From assembly GCA_047495785.1 (NCBI GenBank), contig JBLDXI010000085.1:124001-188000 (forward strand): a DNA stretch of 64,000 nt. The letters run 5' to 3'. Under the pieces are notes generated by a model. That model was not told where the DNA came from. It searched no databases and was given only the letters and a program-made list of their open reading frames with translations. Both the position numbers and the translations under genes were made by a program. Shown piece by piece: positions 10,641 through 23,672 of the stretch. The DNA is from Lepidodermella squamata. Its lineage: Eukaryota; Animalia; Gastrotricha. Every line of letters starts with the position of its first letter. The stretch's first letter is position 1.

Positions 10641-13600
10641 TTAGACTGAAAGTACTGGCGAGAAAGCAGCGCAGTTCACCTCGAGGCGTTGCATTTCTTC
10701 TTCAGGTACCACTCGGCCGACAATGCTCATGCAATTCATCTGACCGACAAGCGGGTCACCGATAGGAGAGCTGAAAAGCAACATAATGTAGCAATTAGAA
10801 AGCCTAGGCAGTGGGCGAAGTAGGATCCTCGAACTAAGGGGGATTTCAGGGCTCAAGTTTTGGTAGACCAAGGGACCACTGTGGTCTTTTTGTGTTTCGC
10901 CGCTTTTTCTGCCGAACTGGGGGTACTTCCCGCCCTGAGCGTAGCCCCGCTTGTGATTGACAATGTTTGGACTCAAACATTCTAGATTTAAAAACGTTAA
11001 AACACGTTGTAGTATGACTCAGGCATTGTTGGGACAGTCACATTGCTAGGCGGTGGTATGATATCGCTGCATATTCAAATCCAGCCTTAAATCTTAAATT
11101 GTTCTACGATTCTACAGCTTGGAAATCTTCTCAATAGTTATGACAGCTGTACCGAAGGCGTGCGTGAATTGAATTGTACAGTTGTTTCGCGTTGATTTGC
11201 TCAGCATTGCTCGGCACCAGAATGCTATTGGATAGATGCTGGTAGCACTTCCTTCGAAGCTACTTTTCTTGCTACGCGTTGTACAACACGTAGCAAGAAA
11301 AGTAGCGGTCAGTTTGTGGTTCAGTTGACTGCACTGAGGTGAAAACCTGACCGAAGGAGATCGAATAAGAAATATTGACAGGCACATCCTTGTTGCTGTC
11401 TACGACACTGCGATGGTCGCAGAACAGAGTCAGATCTTTCGTGTTTCCGTCAAACGTGAAGCCGATAAAGTGCCAACGATCGAATTCCGTAGTCGAGCAG
11501 CTCAAAATCTTGACACCTGGATTATAGGTAAAAAAGAACCTCGAATTTTAATTTTAATTTTAATTCCTCAAAACCATACCTCCTGTGTATCGCATAACCA
11601 GTTGCTTCGACGCACCAGTGAAATGTAAGCTGATTTTCCACTGACCGTTTGGGTCGGAAAACATGGCGACTAAGATGCTGGGAGGGAGAGCAAGGGCCTA
11701 TATACACCAGAGGAACAAATTCGAAGACGAAACGGGGCTGTTCCAGCGTGGCCGAATGGTCCAGTAGTCCATAACGGTGTATCAGCGACTGCTTAGATGG
11801 AATCTGCGCTGATATCAGTCAGGTCGGAGTTGAATGGCCAGAATCTGAACTCAACCGGCAAATCGGGAAGGTTGTTTGTAAAACAGAGGCATTTTGGCTG
11901 ATTTTCTTGATTTGAAGTATAAACGCAAACGAACTCATTTCGCATTCAGCCTAAGTGGGGTACAGCTTGACCTCCTAAAAACAATATCCACAAATCGAGT
12001 GAACGAAAAATTCCTATATCTCACCTGCCAGGGCGAAGTGCAAGAGTCTTGTCTGCCGATGCACTTGTACTTCGTTAAATTTGAGTTGAAGCATAATCGC
12101 CGCTGGAAGTAAAGATTCGATAAAATTAGCAGAAGGCCTTTCTTCTGCTTCAACGCTAACCGCCGTGATAGACTTGGAACATTCAGCGTAGTTACCAGCA
12201 AATGTCGATTAGAAAGAATAGGAACCAACCTATTGATTTATAAGGAATAAGAATGTTATTCGCGATGTTATTTCAATTTCATAATTACCGCTGTAGTTCC
12301 AGCCAGCAGGGCATTCAGCATAGCAGCCGGATAGTCCAGTCGAAGTCATTTTGCACTCATGAACTGCCTAATTCGGGACATATAGATTAATCAATTTCCC
12401 AAAGTATAGACTGTTTCTTACCCCTGACAGGCAATCTGCCCGCGAAGTGAACGTAGTATTGAACGCGGCCTAAAGGCGAAAAATACAAAGATTTAGACGC
12501 TCAGAATTTCAGCTTGGAAACATACGCTGGAAGAGCCGTTGGAGCAAGAGGTGGAGCAGCCTTGGAATCTAAGTTCGACATCGGAAAAGCGCACAAATTT
12601 CAGCGACTGGGCGGCGAGACAATCAGCATAATTACTGGCAAAATCTTGCTTAGCTCTAAACGTAGATACATAGAAAGAAATTCGTGAAAAATCTAGAACA
12701 ACAGAAAAGGAGAGAGAAACCATTTCATTTGGTTGTACTGTGTTATTAACAATAATAACAATGCCTTTAAGACGCAGTGGTATATATTTTTTAATTTTAG
12801 CTTGATAATATTTTGATTAATGGTTGGATTGATTGTTAGCGTATAGATAAAGATTTAGGATTCTAATTCCATCTTTTAGAACTTGAAGGGCGATTTCCAC
12901 TGATTTGCTGCTGTTGATGCCGTAATCCTGAAGTAGTTTCACCGCTTCTTTTGTCAGTGAGCCACGGGCGCCAATGTAGAGGCCGCGTACTTCGACCGAT
13001 TCCAGGTCGAAAGCTTCACAATTAAAGTTACTGCACGGTTCATATATTGAACGCTTTTCCAGATCTAAAGTGTTACGAGTGTCAATCCGTCTCCGCTGCA
13101 TGACCCGCGGCAAACGTTCCCTAGCAGAAGAACAGAGAGCAGCGGGCTGAGAAAAAATTGGCAAAAATTACAAGGCATAAGTATTTAGTGAATCATTGAA
13201 ATTATTGAATTCAGTACCAAACATCATTTTTATTAAAATTAAAATTATTAAAATTATTTACGAAGTTAATAAAATCAGTTCCGAATCTCGAAGTTCTCCA
13301 TCTTGGGCCAGATTTGGGGAGTCAGAGTCCAACTACGTGTTGCTCTGATGGTCGTTAATATGATAGCATTAACGGCGCTTGGTAGCACGCGATTCTTTCA
13401 ATTGTTTAATGTGGTACGAAAAAAATCACACCCACCATCCCGACCAGCCCCACTATCGCGACCGAGCCCGCAACAAGTAGTTGGACTTTAACACTGCATA
13501 TCGAGACTAAGATGTCCAACACGAATTCAATCCTAACTCTAACCCAGCCCTGACCAGCTATATAACCCACAAAAGAGTTTAGTATTGAATTAAATTTCGT

Positions 13601-13860
13601 ATCACCGACAGTTTTTTCAAATTCCAACAGAAAGTGAAATCAACTCACGCCGACTAAGCAGTGGTACCTGTCAATGTAAACATCAGTGCTGAACTCCTAG
13701 AATTGAATCAATATTTTTCCAGTTTTTTGTTGTTGAAATCGGGATTCACCGTTGAAGCGGAAAAAGCCGCAGCGTTTGAATTTGGTCTGTGATTCGGAAA
13801 GACCGGTAGCTATCAGTAACAGCAGCACCGAAGACAGATTCCGCGAGCAAATTATTTTTA
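10641..13860 (-). pseudogene. Rearranged paralog of the 4-Cys-module + LamG gene at 15461-19764
   Basis: Exon-by-exon similarity (RWHFIGFTFDG, FRFWPFNS, ..EEEMQRLEVNCAAFSPVLSV*). Start ATG not found; exon 1 is fused to a later intron by deletion; stop at 11272; most of LamG2 is deleted; inverted exon-2 insert at ~11070-11200; LINE fragment insert. Confidence 0.8.
12740..13075 (-). mobile_element. 3' fragment of an RLE-type (R2/NeSL/R4-like) non-LTR retrotransposon
   Basis: EKRSIY..VEVRGLYIGARGSL..LLQDYGI..IALQVLKDGIRIL matches the KxxxY..GARG C-terminal pattern of restriction-like endonuclease LINEs. Absent from the corresponding intron of the paralog. Confidence 0.6.
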
Positions 13861-14354
13861 ACCAATCTAACAATGAAAAGTATTGGTTACCGAAAAGAGT
13901 AGATCTGCTATTAAATGAAATGTAATGAATTTTGTTTACGATTTTACAGCGCATTTTGAGCTCGTGCACGAGCTGTTGCTTTAAAAAAACCTATAAATGA
14001 AAAATAACAGGATGTTCACTCACTTCAGAGCGTAAAAATGTGAGCGAAATAATGATGAAAAAATGATTCGGCTGGAATCTCGTATACATAGATCTATTGC
14101 CGACGATAGATCACGTTAGGTCATTTTTTTGTTATATTTCCGGGGGAAAAATCTTAAAAATAACGTAAGCTAAAGTTTACCCAAGATCTAAACAAAACTT
14201 CGAAACGAAAAATATGTCACTTGACCCTTTTTTCGCGACACCGACGAGATTAGATCTTGGGTAAACTTTAGCTTACGGTGTGGCGAAAAAAGGGTCAAGT
14301 GACATATTTTTCGGAAATCGTTTTTATGATGAATTCTTAATAATGTTGATACGG

Positions 14355-14617
14355 CAGTGTGCGACTTTCAGGGGGATGGGGGGATCTTCCCCCCCCCCCC
14401 CCCCCCCCCCCAGCTCGGCCGGGCCAGACGACAAAATGAGAATTTATCCCCCAATTTCGTCAATTTTGAAAGGTTCTGGAGCGTGTTTCAGTGGAAAATC
14501 TTCAAAATTTTCTCGTTTCGCTCGGTTATTCGCCAAAATAACTAGTAATTTTGGCAAATAAAGCAACAATTTTTTTTTCCATCCCTGGCAGCTCGGGGAT
14601 CCAAGATCACACCCTGA
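14355..14617. mobile_element. Non-autonomous DNA-element-like repeat with poly-C tract; related copy at ~38728-38870
   Basis: Ends CAGTGTGCGA.. and ..GATCACACCCTG. The 3' part matches 38728-38860 in reverse complement. Confidence 0.5.
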
Positions 14618-15460
14618 TTGATACGGCCGATGGAATGGTGACCTCCGTTTCTCAAAATACCCTTCAGAAATCAAATGCAAATTTCAGCCGAATCACAAAA
14701 CCTTTACACCAAAATGATGGCATCAGCCTTCTGTATCGAACTGTGTAACAAATTTCATCGCGAAATCATAAAATAATCATGCTGGAAACTAATTAAAAAT
14801 GAGCAAATTTATTGAATTCGAGTTTTACATTTTTTTTCTAGTGTGTGATGCATTGTTGCGTCATCGTTTTTTGGATGCGTACTTTGGATAACGGTGCCAA
14901 GTACACCTTATCTCACGCGGAAGCAATTTTCACGTGGAACGAACCATGCCATCGTATTTCTCGCCCCGTAATACCGCCGGGTTCCAAGCCATGAGAAAAA
15001 ATACCAGATCAATTTAGAATAACCGCGTAAGTAGTAGTTTTCAGTCTTGATGCGATCTTTTTGCACAAATTATGAATCATCACCATGCAAAAAATGCAGC
15101 GATGATTCATAATTATTAGCTGTTGTTCGCACTAAGGTCTGCAACGGCGTGGTCCAACGTTAGTTCGTCAAATTCGTAATTCGGGTTCTATTTCGTTGCG
15201 AGAAGTCTGAGCTGCAAGAAAAACACGTCTGAAGTTGTATACTGTATACGGACGACAACTTTATTCCAAATAGAAATGAACCAGAAGCTCATAAATCTAG
15301 AAATCTGGGTGCGTTAGCGTTAGCTAGATAAACTCTTGGAACACAGCTCTGCCATAGATACTATTGTTATAGCAAAAAGGTTCAGCGTTCAGCAAAGATA
15401 ATAGATAAATGAGTTATGAAGAGAGAAAACTGCATAACAGTGGCGATAGATGACCATATG

Positions 15461-18400
15461 TTAGACCGCAAGAACCGGCGAGAAAGCAGCGCAGTTCAAC
15501 TCGAGGCGTCGCATTTCTTCTTCAGGGAGCACTCGGCCGACAATGCTCAGGCAATTCATCTGACCGACGAACAGGTCATCAAATGGATTACTGGAAAGCA
15601 GGAAAATAAGGGATTACAAGGAAATTGAAAGTTAATTATGAATTTATTTGACTTTTTCAGTCCAGATTAATTCTTGCGCTCTCACGAAATTTCAGGTCTC
15701 GAAGCGGTTACGTGGAATTATCGATGAATATTCACTCTTTAAGTAATAAATGACCGAGAACAAGTCAACAACGGGGTTTGGCTTATTTTCTGTATTTTCC
15801 AGTGAATGGCAAAACGTGTGTTGGCTTGAAAAAGAACGATTCTAGAATTCCTAGGTGTCTTTTCTCTTGAGGATTTCGAATTTTCAAGTTTTAGACCTCT
15901 AGGATGAGAAACATTGAAACACGGAAAACCCCAGAAGTGCCCTATAAAGTGTCATTGATTCAGGTTGACCCAGAGACGCTAGCTTGATCCCAACAAAATT
16001 TTCTGCGATTGAATATTAAAATTTTCTGAGATATTGCCTGACGATGGCCACTTTGTGGCCGAAACGTCGCATGAATCTTTAACAACTTGTTGAATAAAAT
16101 GACTCGAAACTTGCATAAGTACCCTACAAATTTTGCGTTTAATTACACCGAGTCAAAATGTCTGAATCGATACCAACATCTATCGGTTCGGTACTCAGTT
16201 GTAATGGAAACTCGAATATTTTTCAAAATTAGAAATTGCCAATCCTAAACTTTGAAGCCCATTTTCTCTGCAACCCTGATGAATATCAACCTATTTTATA
16301 TACCGATCGACTTCTCGTTTATTGATCTTGAAAGCGGCAATCTCACGATGTCAAACTTTTCGCCAGACCCCACTTTTCACTTATTTCGGTCAAATATAAG
16401 ACAAGTTCGAACACACCTTCCAAGATAGAATTGCTTAATCCTCGTGCGAGCGGTTTCTCCAGCCGTAATTGTAGTGTTAGCATACCGCCCGTCACAGCCA
16501 ACAGATATCACCTTGCTGATTGAATTATAGGAGATTGAAAAGAAATGAGGTGACTTGAGCCCGGCGGAATTCGTGGCAGAATTCGGATCTGACAGACCTT
16601 TACAATCGGCTACAAGATTAGCCGCTCCGCCGTAACCGCTGAATACCATCTGGTCCTCGCTTGACAGCAGAATTTGCAGGTCAACATCTAAAGAAGTCTG
16701 GTTATAGAATAGAATGACCTGGCCATTTTGGGGTGAGCGCGCGAAGAAACTGATCGTGAAATCTGCGGCGCCAAAATCGAGCTTTTCTCCTGACATTTGA
16801 ATAGGATTCGAATTGCTTGTTGAAAGTGACGAAGGCAGTTCGTAAAACACGTTGTAAAATGATTCAGGCATTGTTGGAACAGACACATTGCTAGGCGGTG
16901 GTATGATATCACTGAGATTCTCGAACAGAGGCCAATACGCAATGTGGCCACTCACAATCTCGCCGACATTGCTCGGCACCAGAATGCTATTGGATAGATG
17001 CTGGTAGCACTTCCTTCGAAGTTGCCTCAACTGCCCACCAGTCAGCGCCGCGTTGTACAACACGTAGCAAGAAAAGTAGCGGTCAGTTTGTGGTTCAGTT
17101 GACTGTCTTTTCTTCTTGAGGTGAAAACCTGACCGAAGGAGATCGAATAAGAAATATTGACAGGCACATCCTTGTTGCTATCTACGACGCTGCGATGGTC
17201 GCAGAACAGAGTCAGATCTTTTGTTGCTCCATCAAACGTGAAGCCGATAAAGTGCCAACGATCGAATTCCGTAGTCGAGCAGCTCATCAGGTTGACACCT
17301 GTGAGGTAAAAGTTAATTGGGCAGATAGTGATGATTTTGGTTTGAAATTGATGCAAATCCTTTGTAAGCCATACCTCCGGTGTATTGCATAACGAATTGC
17401 TTTGTAGCACCAGTAAAATACAAGCTGATTAGCGACAGGCCATCCGCGTCAGAGAAACTTGCTACTAAAATGCCGGGCTGAGGGTTGAGGGTCTATAGCA
17501 GAATGGAAACATTTCAAAAAGAGAAAACAGTTTCCATTTGTAACCTTACCTTTGCTTGCTCTGTGGTTATGACTTTGACGTAGACAGCTAACGTGATGCT
17601 ATTACCAATGGTCAGTGGCGATTGGGACAGCGAGGCGACTTTGTCATTGTCACCTGCCATAGACAGGGACGTCCCAGGGTGACCGAATGGTCCCTTAGTC
17701 CATAACGGTGTATCAACGACTGCTTTGATGGCATCTGCGCTGATATCAGTCAGGCCGGAGTTGAATGGCCAGAATCTGAACTCAACCGGCAAACCGGGAA
17801 GGTTTTCTGTAAAACAGAGGAATTTCGGCTGATTTTCTTGATTTGGAGTTGAAACAAACTTATTTCGCATTCAGCCTGGGTGGGGTACAGCTTGACCTCC
17901 TAAAAAAAATATTGACAAATCGAGCAATGTCTCACCTGCCAGGGCGAAGAACATGAGTCTTGTTTGCCGATACACTTGTACTGCGTTGTATTTTCGTTGA
18001 AGCAAAGTCGCCGCTGAAATTAAAGATTCAATTAGAATAAGACCTTGCTACTGCTTATTAGGTACTCACCGCCATAGTCGGTTGAGAACATTCAACATAG
18101 TTACTAGCAAACGTTGAATTGGACGAATAGGAACCAACCTATTGAATCATGATGAGTATGAAACTCATTTGCAATATTTTTATTTGATACCGCTGTAGTA
18201 CCAGCAGGGCATTCAGCATAGCAGCCGGATAGCCCCGTCGAAGTCATTTTGCACTCATGAACTGCCTAATTCGGGACATATAGATTAATCCATTTCCCAG
18301 TGTATAGACTGCTGTTTCTTACCCCGGACAGGCAATCTGCCTGCGAAGGGAATGTAGCGTTGAACGTGGCCTGAAGGCAAAAACATCCAAGGCTGAGATT

Positions 18401-19764
18401 TTAGGAAGCTTGAGATCAAAAACACACGCTCATTGAGCCATTTGAGCAAGCCGAGGCGAAGCAGCCTTGAAATTTCAGATCAGCGTCGAAGCAACGCACG
18501 AATTTTGGTGACTGCGCAGCGAGACAATCGGCGTAATTGCCAGCAAAGTCTTGCTTTGATCTAAACGTAGAAACCTAGGAAGAAATCGTAAACAAATGTC
18601 GTCAGAAAAATTAAGTCTAACGAGTGTCAATCCGTTCCCGCTGCATGATCCGCGACAAACGTTCCCGTTAGCAGAAGAACAAAGCGCAGCAGGCTGATGA
18701 TCTTAATTTAAGAAAATTTCAACTCACGCCGACCAAGCAGTGGTACTTATCAATGTAAACACCAGAGCTGAATTCCTAGATTTGAATCAGTATTTTTCCA
18801 GTTTCATGTTGTGGTAATCGAGTTTCACCTGAGTAGCCGAGGTTGCGTTGCAAGGCGTCGATTGGTATCCTAAGAAAGACCGATCGCTTGCCAGAAAACA
18901 GCGTTGATGCGGCTTGAAATCGCCCTCATTTCTGACAACTGTTCAGCAAAGGTTGTTTCTAGTATTTTTCGAAAAAGCCAACTAACTGTTCTGCCCATTC
19001 AAACAAGCCTGCAGCGTCGCAATTCTTCGTACACTTGTCTGTGAAAAAAAGAATTAAAATGTGAGATTTATAAGATCGGCTTTTGCTTCAAGCTTCAAAA
19101 ACTAACTCCGCCATTTGGGCAAGTTCCATTGAATGGGATGCAACTTTTCTCGCCGTTTTTGTCGCATAACACGGCCCCGAGCAGAGTCTGCAGAAAAAGA
19201 TTTACTCGGATATCATACGATGAAGTAACTCATAGACAAACCATATAACCCTTGATAGCCGTTCTGCAATCTTCGTACTTGCAATCTTCGATTTGAACAG
19301 CTTGCCAATGTACTCAAAGGTCTAGCGAGAATCGATCTTAAGAGAGGTGAAGGAGATCTAGAAAATCCGTACCAGAACTTCATCGGACGAACAGCCCATG
19401 TTTCTTGGGATGCAGCGCATGCTGATTTGCTTGAAGTTGAAACAGCTTCGAGTTGACTGAAATATTTATCAAATTAACGCGAAACAACTGTACAATTCAA
19501 TTCACTCACGCCTTCGGTACAGCTGTCATAACTATTGAGAAGATTTCCAAGCTGTAGAATCGTTGAACAATTAAAGAAGATTTAATCAAGGCTGGATTTG
19601 AGCAACATTTAGCTAACCTGAACTTCTTCGAAAAACGAGCAGTTTTCCTTACAGCCCATGAAGTCGTCGTTGAAGCGGGAGAAGCAGCGTCTGAATTGTT
19701 TCTGTGATTCACAAAGGCTAGCCGCTATCAGCAACAGCGGTAATGATTTCCAAGCGAAAAGCAT
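15461..19764 (-). CDS. Secreted protein: signal peptide, 8 novel 4-Cys modules, two LamG/concanavalin-A-like (pentraxin-like) domains; two apparent +8-nt insertions suggest recent pseudogenisation
   Basis: MLFAWKSLPLLLIAASLCES then modules such as RRCFSRFNDDFMGCKENCSFFEEVQ|LGNLLNSYDSC and VRCFDADLKFQGCFASACSNG..|FPSQADC. LamG hallmarks FWPFNSGLTDIS, RWHFIGFTFDG, YNAALTGGQLRQL, YWPLFENLSDI, DFTISFF, HFFSISYN, FVGQMNCLSIVGRVLPEEEMRRL. Frame breaks near 19280 and 17107. Confidence 0.75.
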
Positions 19765-20277
19765 TGCTTCGGCAATTTTAATATATATATTAATAAATTC
19801 TCAAAATGAAAAATTGATTAACCGATAAGAGATGTTTTCATATGAAATGAAATGAGCGAGTTGTTGCTTACGATATTCGTTATTTTGCATTTTCAACGCG
19901 TGCTCAAGCGTTTCTTTTCAACTGGAATTGTAGCTCGCGTGCCTTTAAAAATTTTGAATGGAGAAAAAACTTGTTTTTGACTATTTTCCTATTGCGAAAA
20001 GGTTCGCTCTAGAGCGAAAAGCTGAGCGTGGACGAAAAACGTATGCAAAAAGATTCGGCTGGAATCCCTGGGATGAAGGCCAGGAAATCTTCTTGCTATA
20101 TATTTCGGGTTAAAAAGGTCGAGACAAGAAAATGAAGAAGAATTTAATGTCACAAATTCCTAGACCATGGAGAATTTTATTCTTAGAAGAAAATTCTTCT
20201 GACTCTTGCAATAGTAAGCGACCTGCAATAAATTGTTTGGGGCGCGACAATTGGGGATAAATTGTTTATCGCATTGG

Positions 20278-20409
20278 CCTGAGCACGACGGAAAACAATG
20301 GGAACCAGCGCTCGGGCCTCCGGAATCGGGTGGCCGGGCTTGGGCATTCCTACAACTAGCAAGCGCCTAACATAGCCATTGTTCCCATTGTTCTCCGCGG
20401 TGCTCGGGC
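20278..20409. repeat. Short imperfect inverted-repeat element (MITE-like)
   Basis: cctgagcacgacggaaaacaatgggaac ... gttcccattgttctccgcggtgctcggg. Confidence 0.5.
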
Positions 20410-20541
20410 TGACGCCTTGAGTAGTGACACCGTGAGTGGTGCAGCGGAATTTGTTGAAATTCGTTTAATTTGTGATTAACGTCGCACACGGGCACGTTTG
20501 GATCGGCCCGAGCGCGGACTGGTAAAGTGCTGTTCCCCATC

Positions 20542-21083
20542 CAGTGTTTGGGATTTGATTGATTTTGATTTTGGGACTAAATCTTTGCGCTGTAAAATCA
20601 AATCTTTTCCTCAAAATCAAATCGTCTAGATCCGAAATCAAATCTTTAAAATCAAATCGCCTGGAACCGAAATCAAATCTTCAAAATCAAATCACAATTT
20701 CGGCAAATCTCTCAAAATCTTGGAAGAATTCTTCTCTGAATTTGTTCACGTCGTAAGCTCAATGACACGGTTTTTAGAACATGTGGTAGTAATTTTGAAT
20801 TTAAAAGTGTATCGAGTTGAAAACGGCGAAATTCCCTGGTTCAAATGAATATTGGTCATCATTTTTACATAGAAAAATGGTGTACAATAGGTGTGTTTGC
20901 AGTATTAATTGGAGACCTGATTAGGACTACAAAATCATGGGCAAAATCTTTGAAAAGCTGAATCAAATCTTTGCGCAAAAATCAAATCAAAGCATTTCAA
21001 ATCAAATCCTTTGAAATCAAATCGCGTAAAAATGACCCCAAAATCAATCAATCAAAATCAAATCAATCAAATCCTAAACACTG
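20542..21083. mobile_element. hAT-type MITE with (AAATC)n subterminal repeats
   Basis: TIR CAGTGTTTGGGATTTGATTGATTT / AAATCAATCAAATCCTAAACACTG; perfect 8-bp TSD TCCCCATC at 20534-20541 and 21084-21091. Confidence 0.9.
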
Positions 21084-21444
21084 TCCCCATCGCTTACGGG
21101 CCGGATATAAATTTTTGGAGTTTTTATGGAAAACTGAATAGTGCGCTTCACTGTTGCCTTCAATCCATTTTCAAAGCTATTCCTCTACTTCGAATGTTTT
21201 GAAATTATCCTTGTCAATTATTATCCTAATTTCTGTGGAGTTTGTTTTCCCTGTGAAATTGAATGAATAGACAGGCGTGCTAGCAAATCGTGTTTTTGTT
21301 ATCATGAGTCAAAAAGGGCAAATACCCACGCGTTTTGAGGGATTTTGCGGACGAAAACAAGCGATGCGCCACGCGCCCGGGTGCATTTTAAACGCGGCCG
21401 TTATACTTTTTGCGTCATTCTTCTATTTATCAATCGACTGTATA

Positions 21445-23244
21445 ATGAGAAGTTTATCTTCTTATTATTACGTTTTATGGCTGATTTTGGTTTCAAGCGG
21501 CGTCAACTGCCAATGGAGGCGCTGTCTTTCGCTGCTCGACAATTCCTTCAGCAGTTGTTCGACATCTTGCGACCTAACCACTGATTATCAGGTATTTCCG
21601 TTAAAATTTTTCCTAATTGTTTTATTTTTAATTTTACTTATTTTCAAGTCTGGAAGCAGCTTCACTTCATGGGAGTTGTGCCGCAGTGGGGTGAGAAATT
21701 CAAAGCTGTAATTATAACTTGATTTTTCTTGAATTTTTGCCCGCCTTATAGAACGCTCGGATGTGCTACAAATACGCAGCTCTAATTCCAAGTTGCCGGC
21801 CCGGAATTATTCCTTGCAAAGCTCCAGAGGAAATACCAGTATGTCAATTTTATCTATGATTCCCTCCTTGAAATTCTATTTTATCCGAACAGTTCCAGCC
21901 ATTCTATTCCATGTCGCTGCTACGATCGAGTTTGCTGACCTGCGAGACCGATCGAATGAATTTTTCGGTGAAATTTCTTCCTCTGTAGATAAGTTCTGAA
22001 GTTTCATGTATTCCTCTCTATTAGAATCAAAAGTTCAAGCAGTGCAAGGCGAATGGCACCCTGGTGACGTGTGTTCCAATGGCTCAGAAGTGCCCGAATA
22101 TTTCGGTAATTTACAAGAAATTGTAGCTCGAAAGCTGTAATTTTGGGCTTAATTTTCCTTAGACCACTGACAGCTTACATTTCAATAATCTTGCAACATG
22201 CGTCGATGGGCAAAGTAGGGAATTACTCATGGCCCAGATTTCTGCTTATTTCTATTCTCGCCTTATAGTTCAAGTACCTGATACCGAAAAGCCTCACGTC
22301 CGCTGTTTCAGCAATCCGGATCGAGCTTTTGCTGGCTGCCGTCTCAGCTCAACTGGCTGCTTGGCCAGCAACGAAACACAAGAATCTGCTCCTAAGCCCT
22401 ATCTCGATCAGGCTAGCTGTCTTCGAGGCGTGAGTTGATCCCAGCATTGCCGCCTTCATTTCATTCGATCCTCAATTTCAGGCGGCAGCTCTATGTGATT
22501 CTAATGGAACAAAGAGTTGCGTAGGACGAGCTTGTCCAACAGGATCTAACAGGGTATAACCCTTGTTGTAATTCTTACCAGAAAGCTGAAGTCTTTCTTT
22601 TTCGATTCAAGGTCAAAATTTACGCCAATTCGACTTCATTTCCAAACAATTATGCTGATTGCTTATCGGATCTAAATTCAAATTCGGTTTGTTTTACTTT
22701 TTTGTATTCACATAAAAAGGAAGTTTCCCCTAGATTTTTTAGTTTTTCTTTGTTTGGAACTTCTACCTTTGCCCTCTAGACTGCCTATTCACGCTGCCTC
22801 GGGCCGAAGGGGGTGGTTAAGTGTCGATCAACCGCCTGTCTAGCCGGTGAGAAGCCGTACCCAACGAAGAACTATACAAGCGAATCCGCGTGCCAGAATG
22901 CCGTCAAGACGATAACGTTCCACATGATTGGCGGCGGGCGTTCGCAAGCTGTCAACTATTGCGCAGGATTAGGCGGACTTCTTGTGACAATCAAGACAGC
23001 AGAAGATCTAGCTACGGTTCAGGCACTGAAAGGCGGTGTTACATCGTCTCAGATTGGGCTCGACAACGTGCCTGGTGACTGGACGTGGGCCGATGGTACG
23101 CCCTACGCTAATTTTCCGCCCTGGGATAACAACCAACCGAATGACGGCCCGAATGCGTTTGTCTTGATTTACAACCAAGGAGTTTTGGTCGACCTCGGCT
23201 CTGTTGGTGGTGCTAGTTCATTCCTGTGCGAGACTTACAGCTGA
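21445..23244 (+). CDS. Secreted protein: signal peptide, 6 novel 4-Cys modules, C-terminal C-type lectin domain (QPN motif)
   Basis: About 10 GT-AG exons splice in frame: MRSLSSYYYVLWLILVSSGVNC-QWRRCLSLLDNSFSSCSTSC..|SFTSWELC..|RMCYKY..|KQCKANG..|VRCFSNP..|ALCDSNG..|SRCLGPKGVVKCRSTAC..NYTSESAC. CTLD: AVNYCAGLGGLLVTIKT..IGL..WTWADGTPYANFPPWDNNQPND..FLCE. Confidence 0.85.
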
Positions 23245-23672
23245 TTTCGAGCGAAAAATGAAATTAAATTACTGCTGACTTCATTTAGGAAATAAGTGCT
23301 GTTTATTAGGCTCTATGTTGAACGCATCTGATGTCTGATAAGCTTTAGTATGTTACCTTCCCGTTCGGTTAAATGAAGTAAGAACTTGCGTAAGAATTGA
23401 AATAAATGTTGGGCAGGAGATTTTTTTCCAAGGCGTAGCTTATATTGGAAAGTCGCAAGCAGTGAAATCGACTATACCCAAAAATGCCAAAATGCCAGGA
23501 ACAACGAAATGAAGGAAGTAGGACCGAAGCGAAGGGCAGGGCTTACAGATTTTTCCAAAACTGGCGGAAAAGGTTTATTCCCAATAAATATCATCTCTTT
23601 CCTTATAGATTAACACAGTTTAAAGGTTCAAGAGGCAATAAAAGCCGAAGCTCTTTCTATAGATTCACGGGT

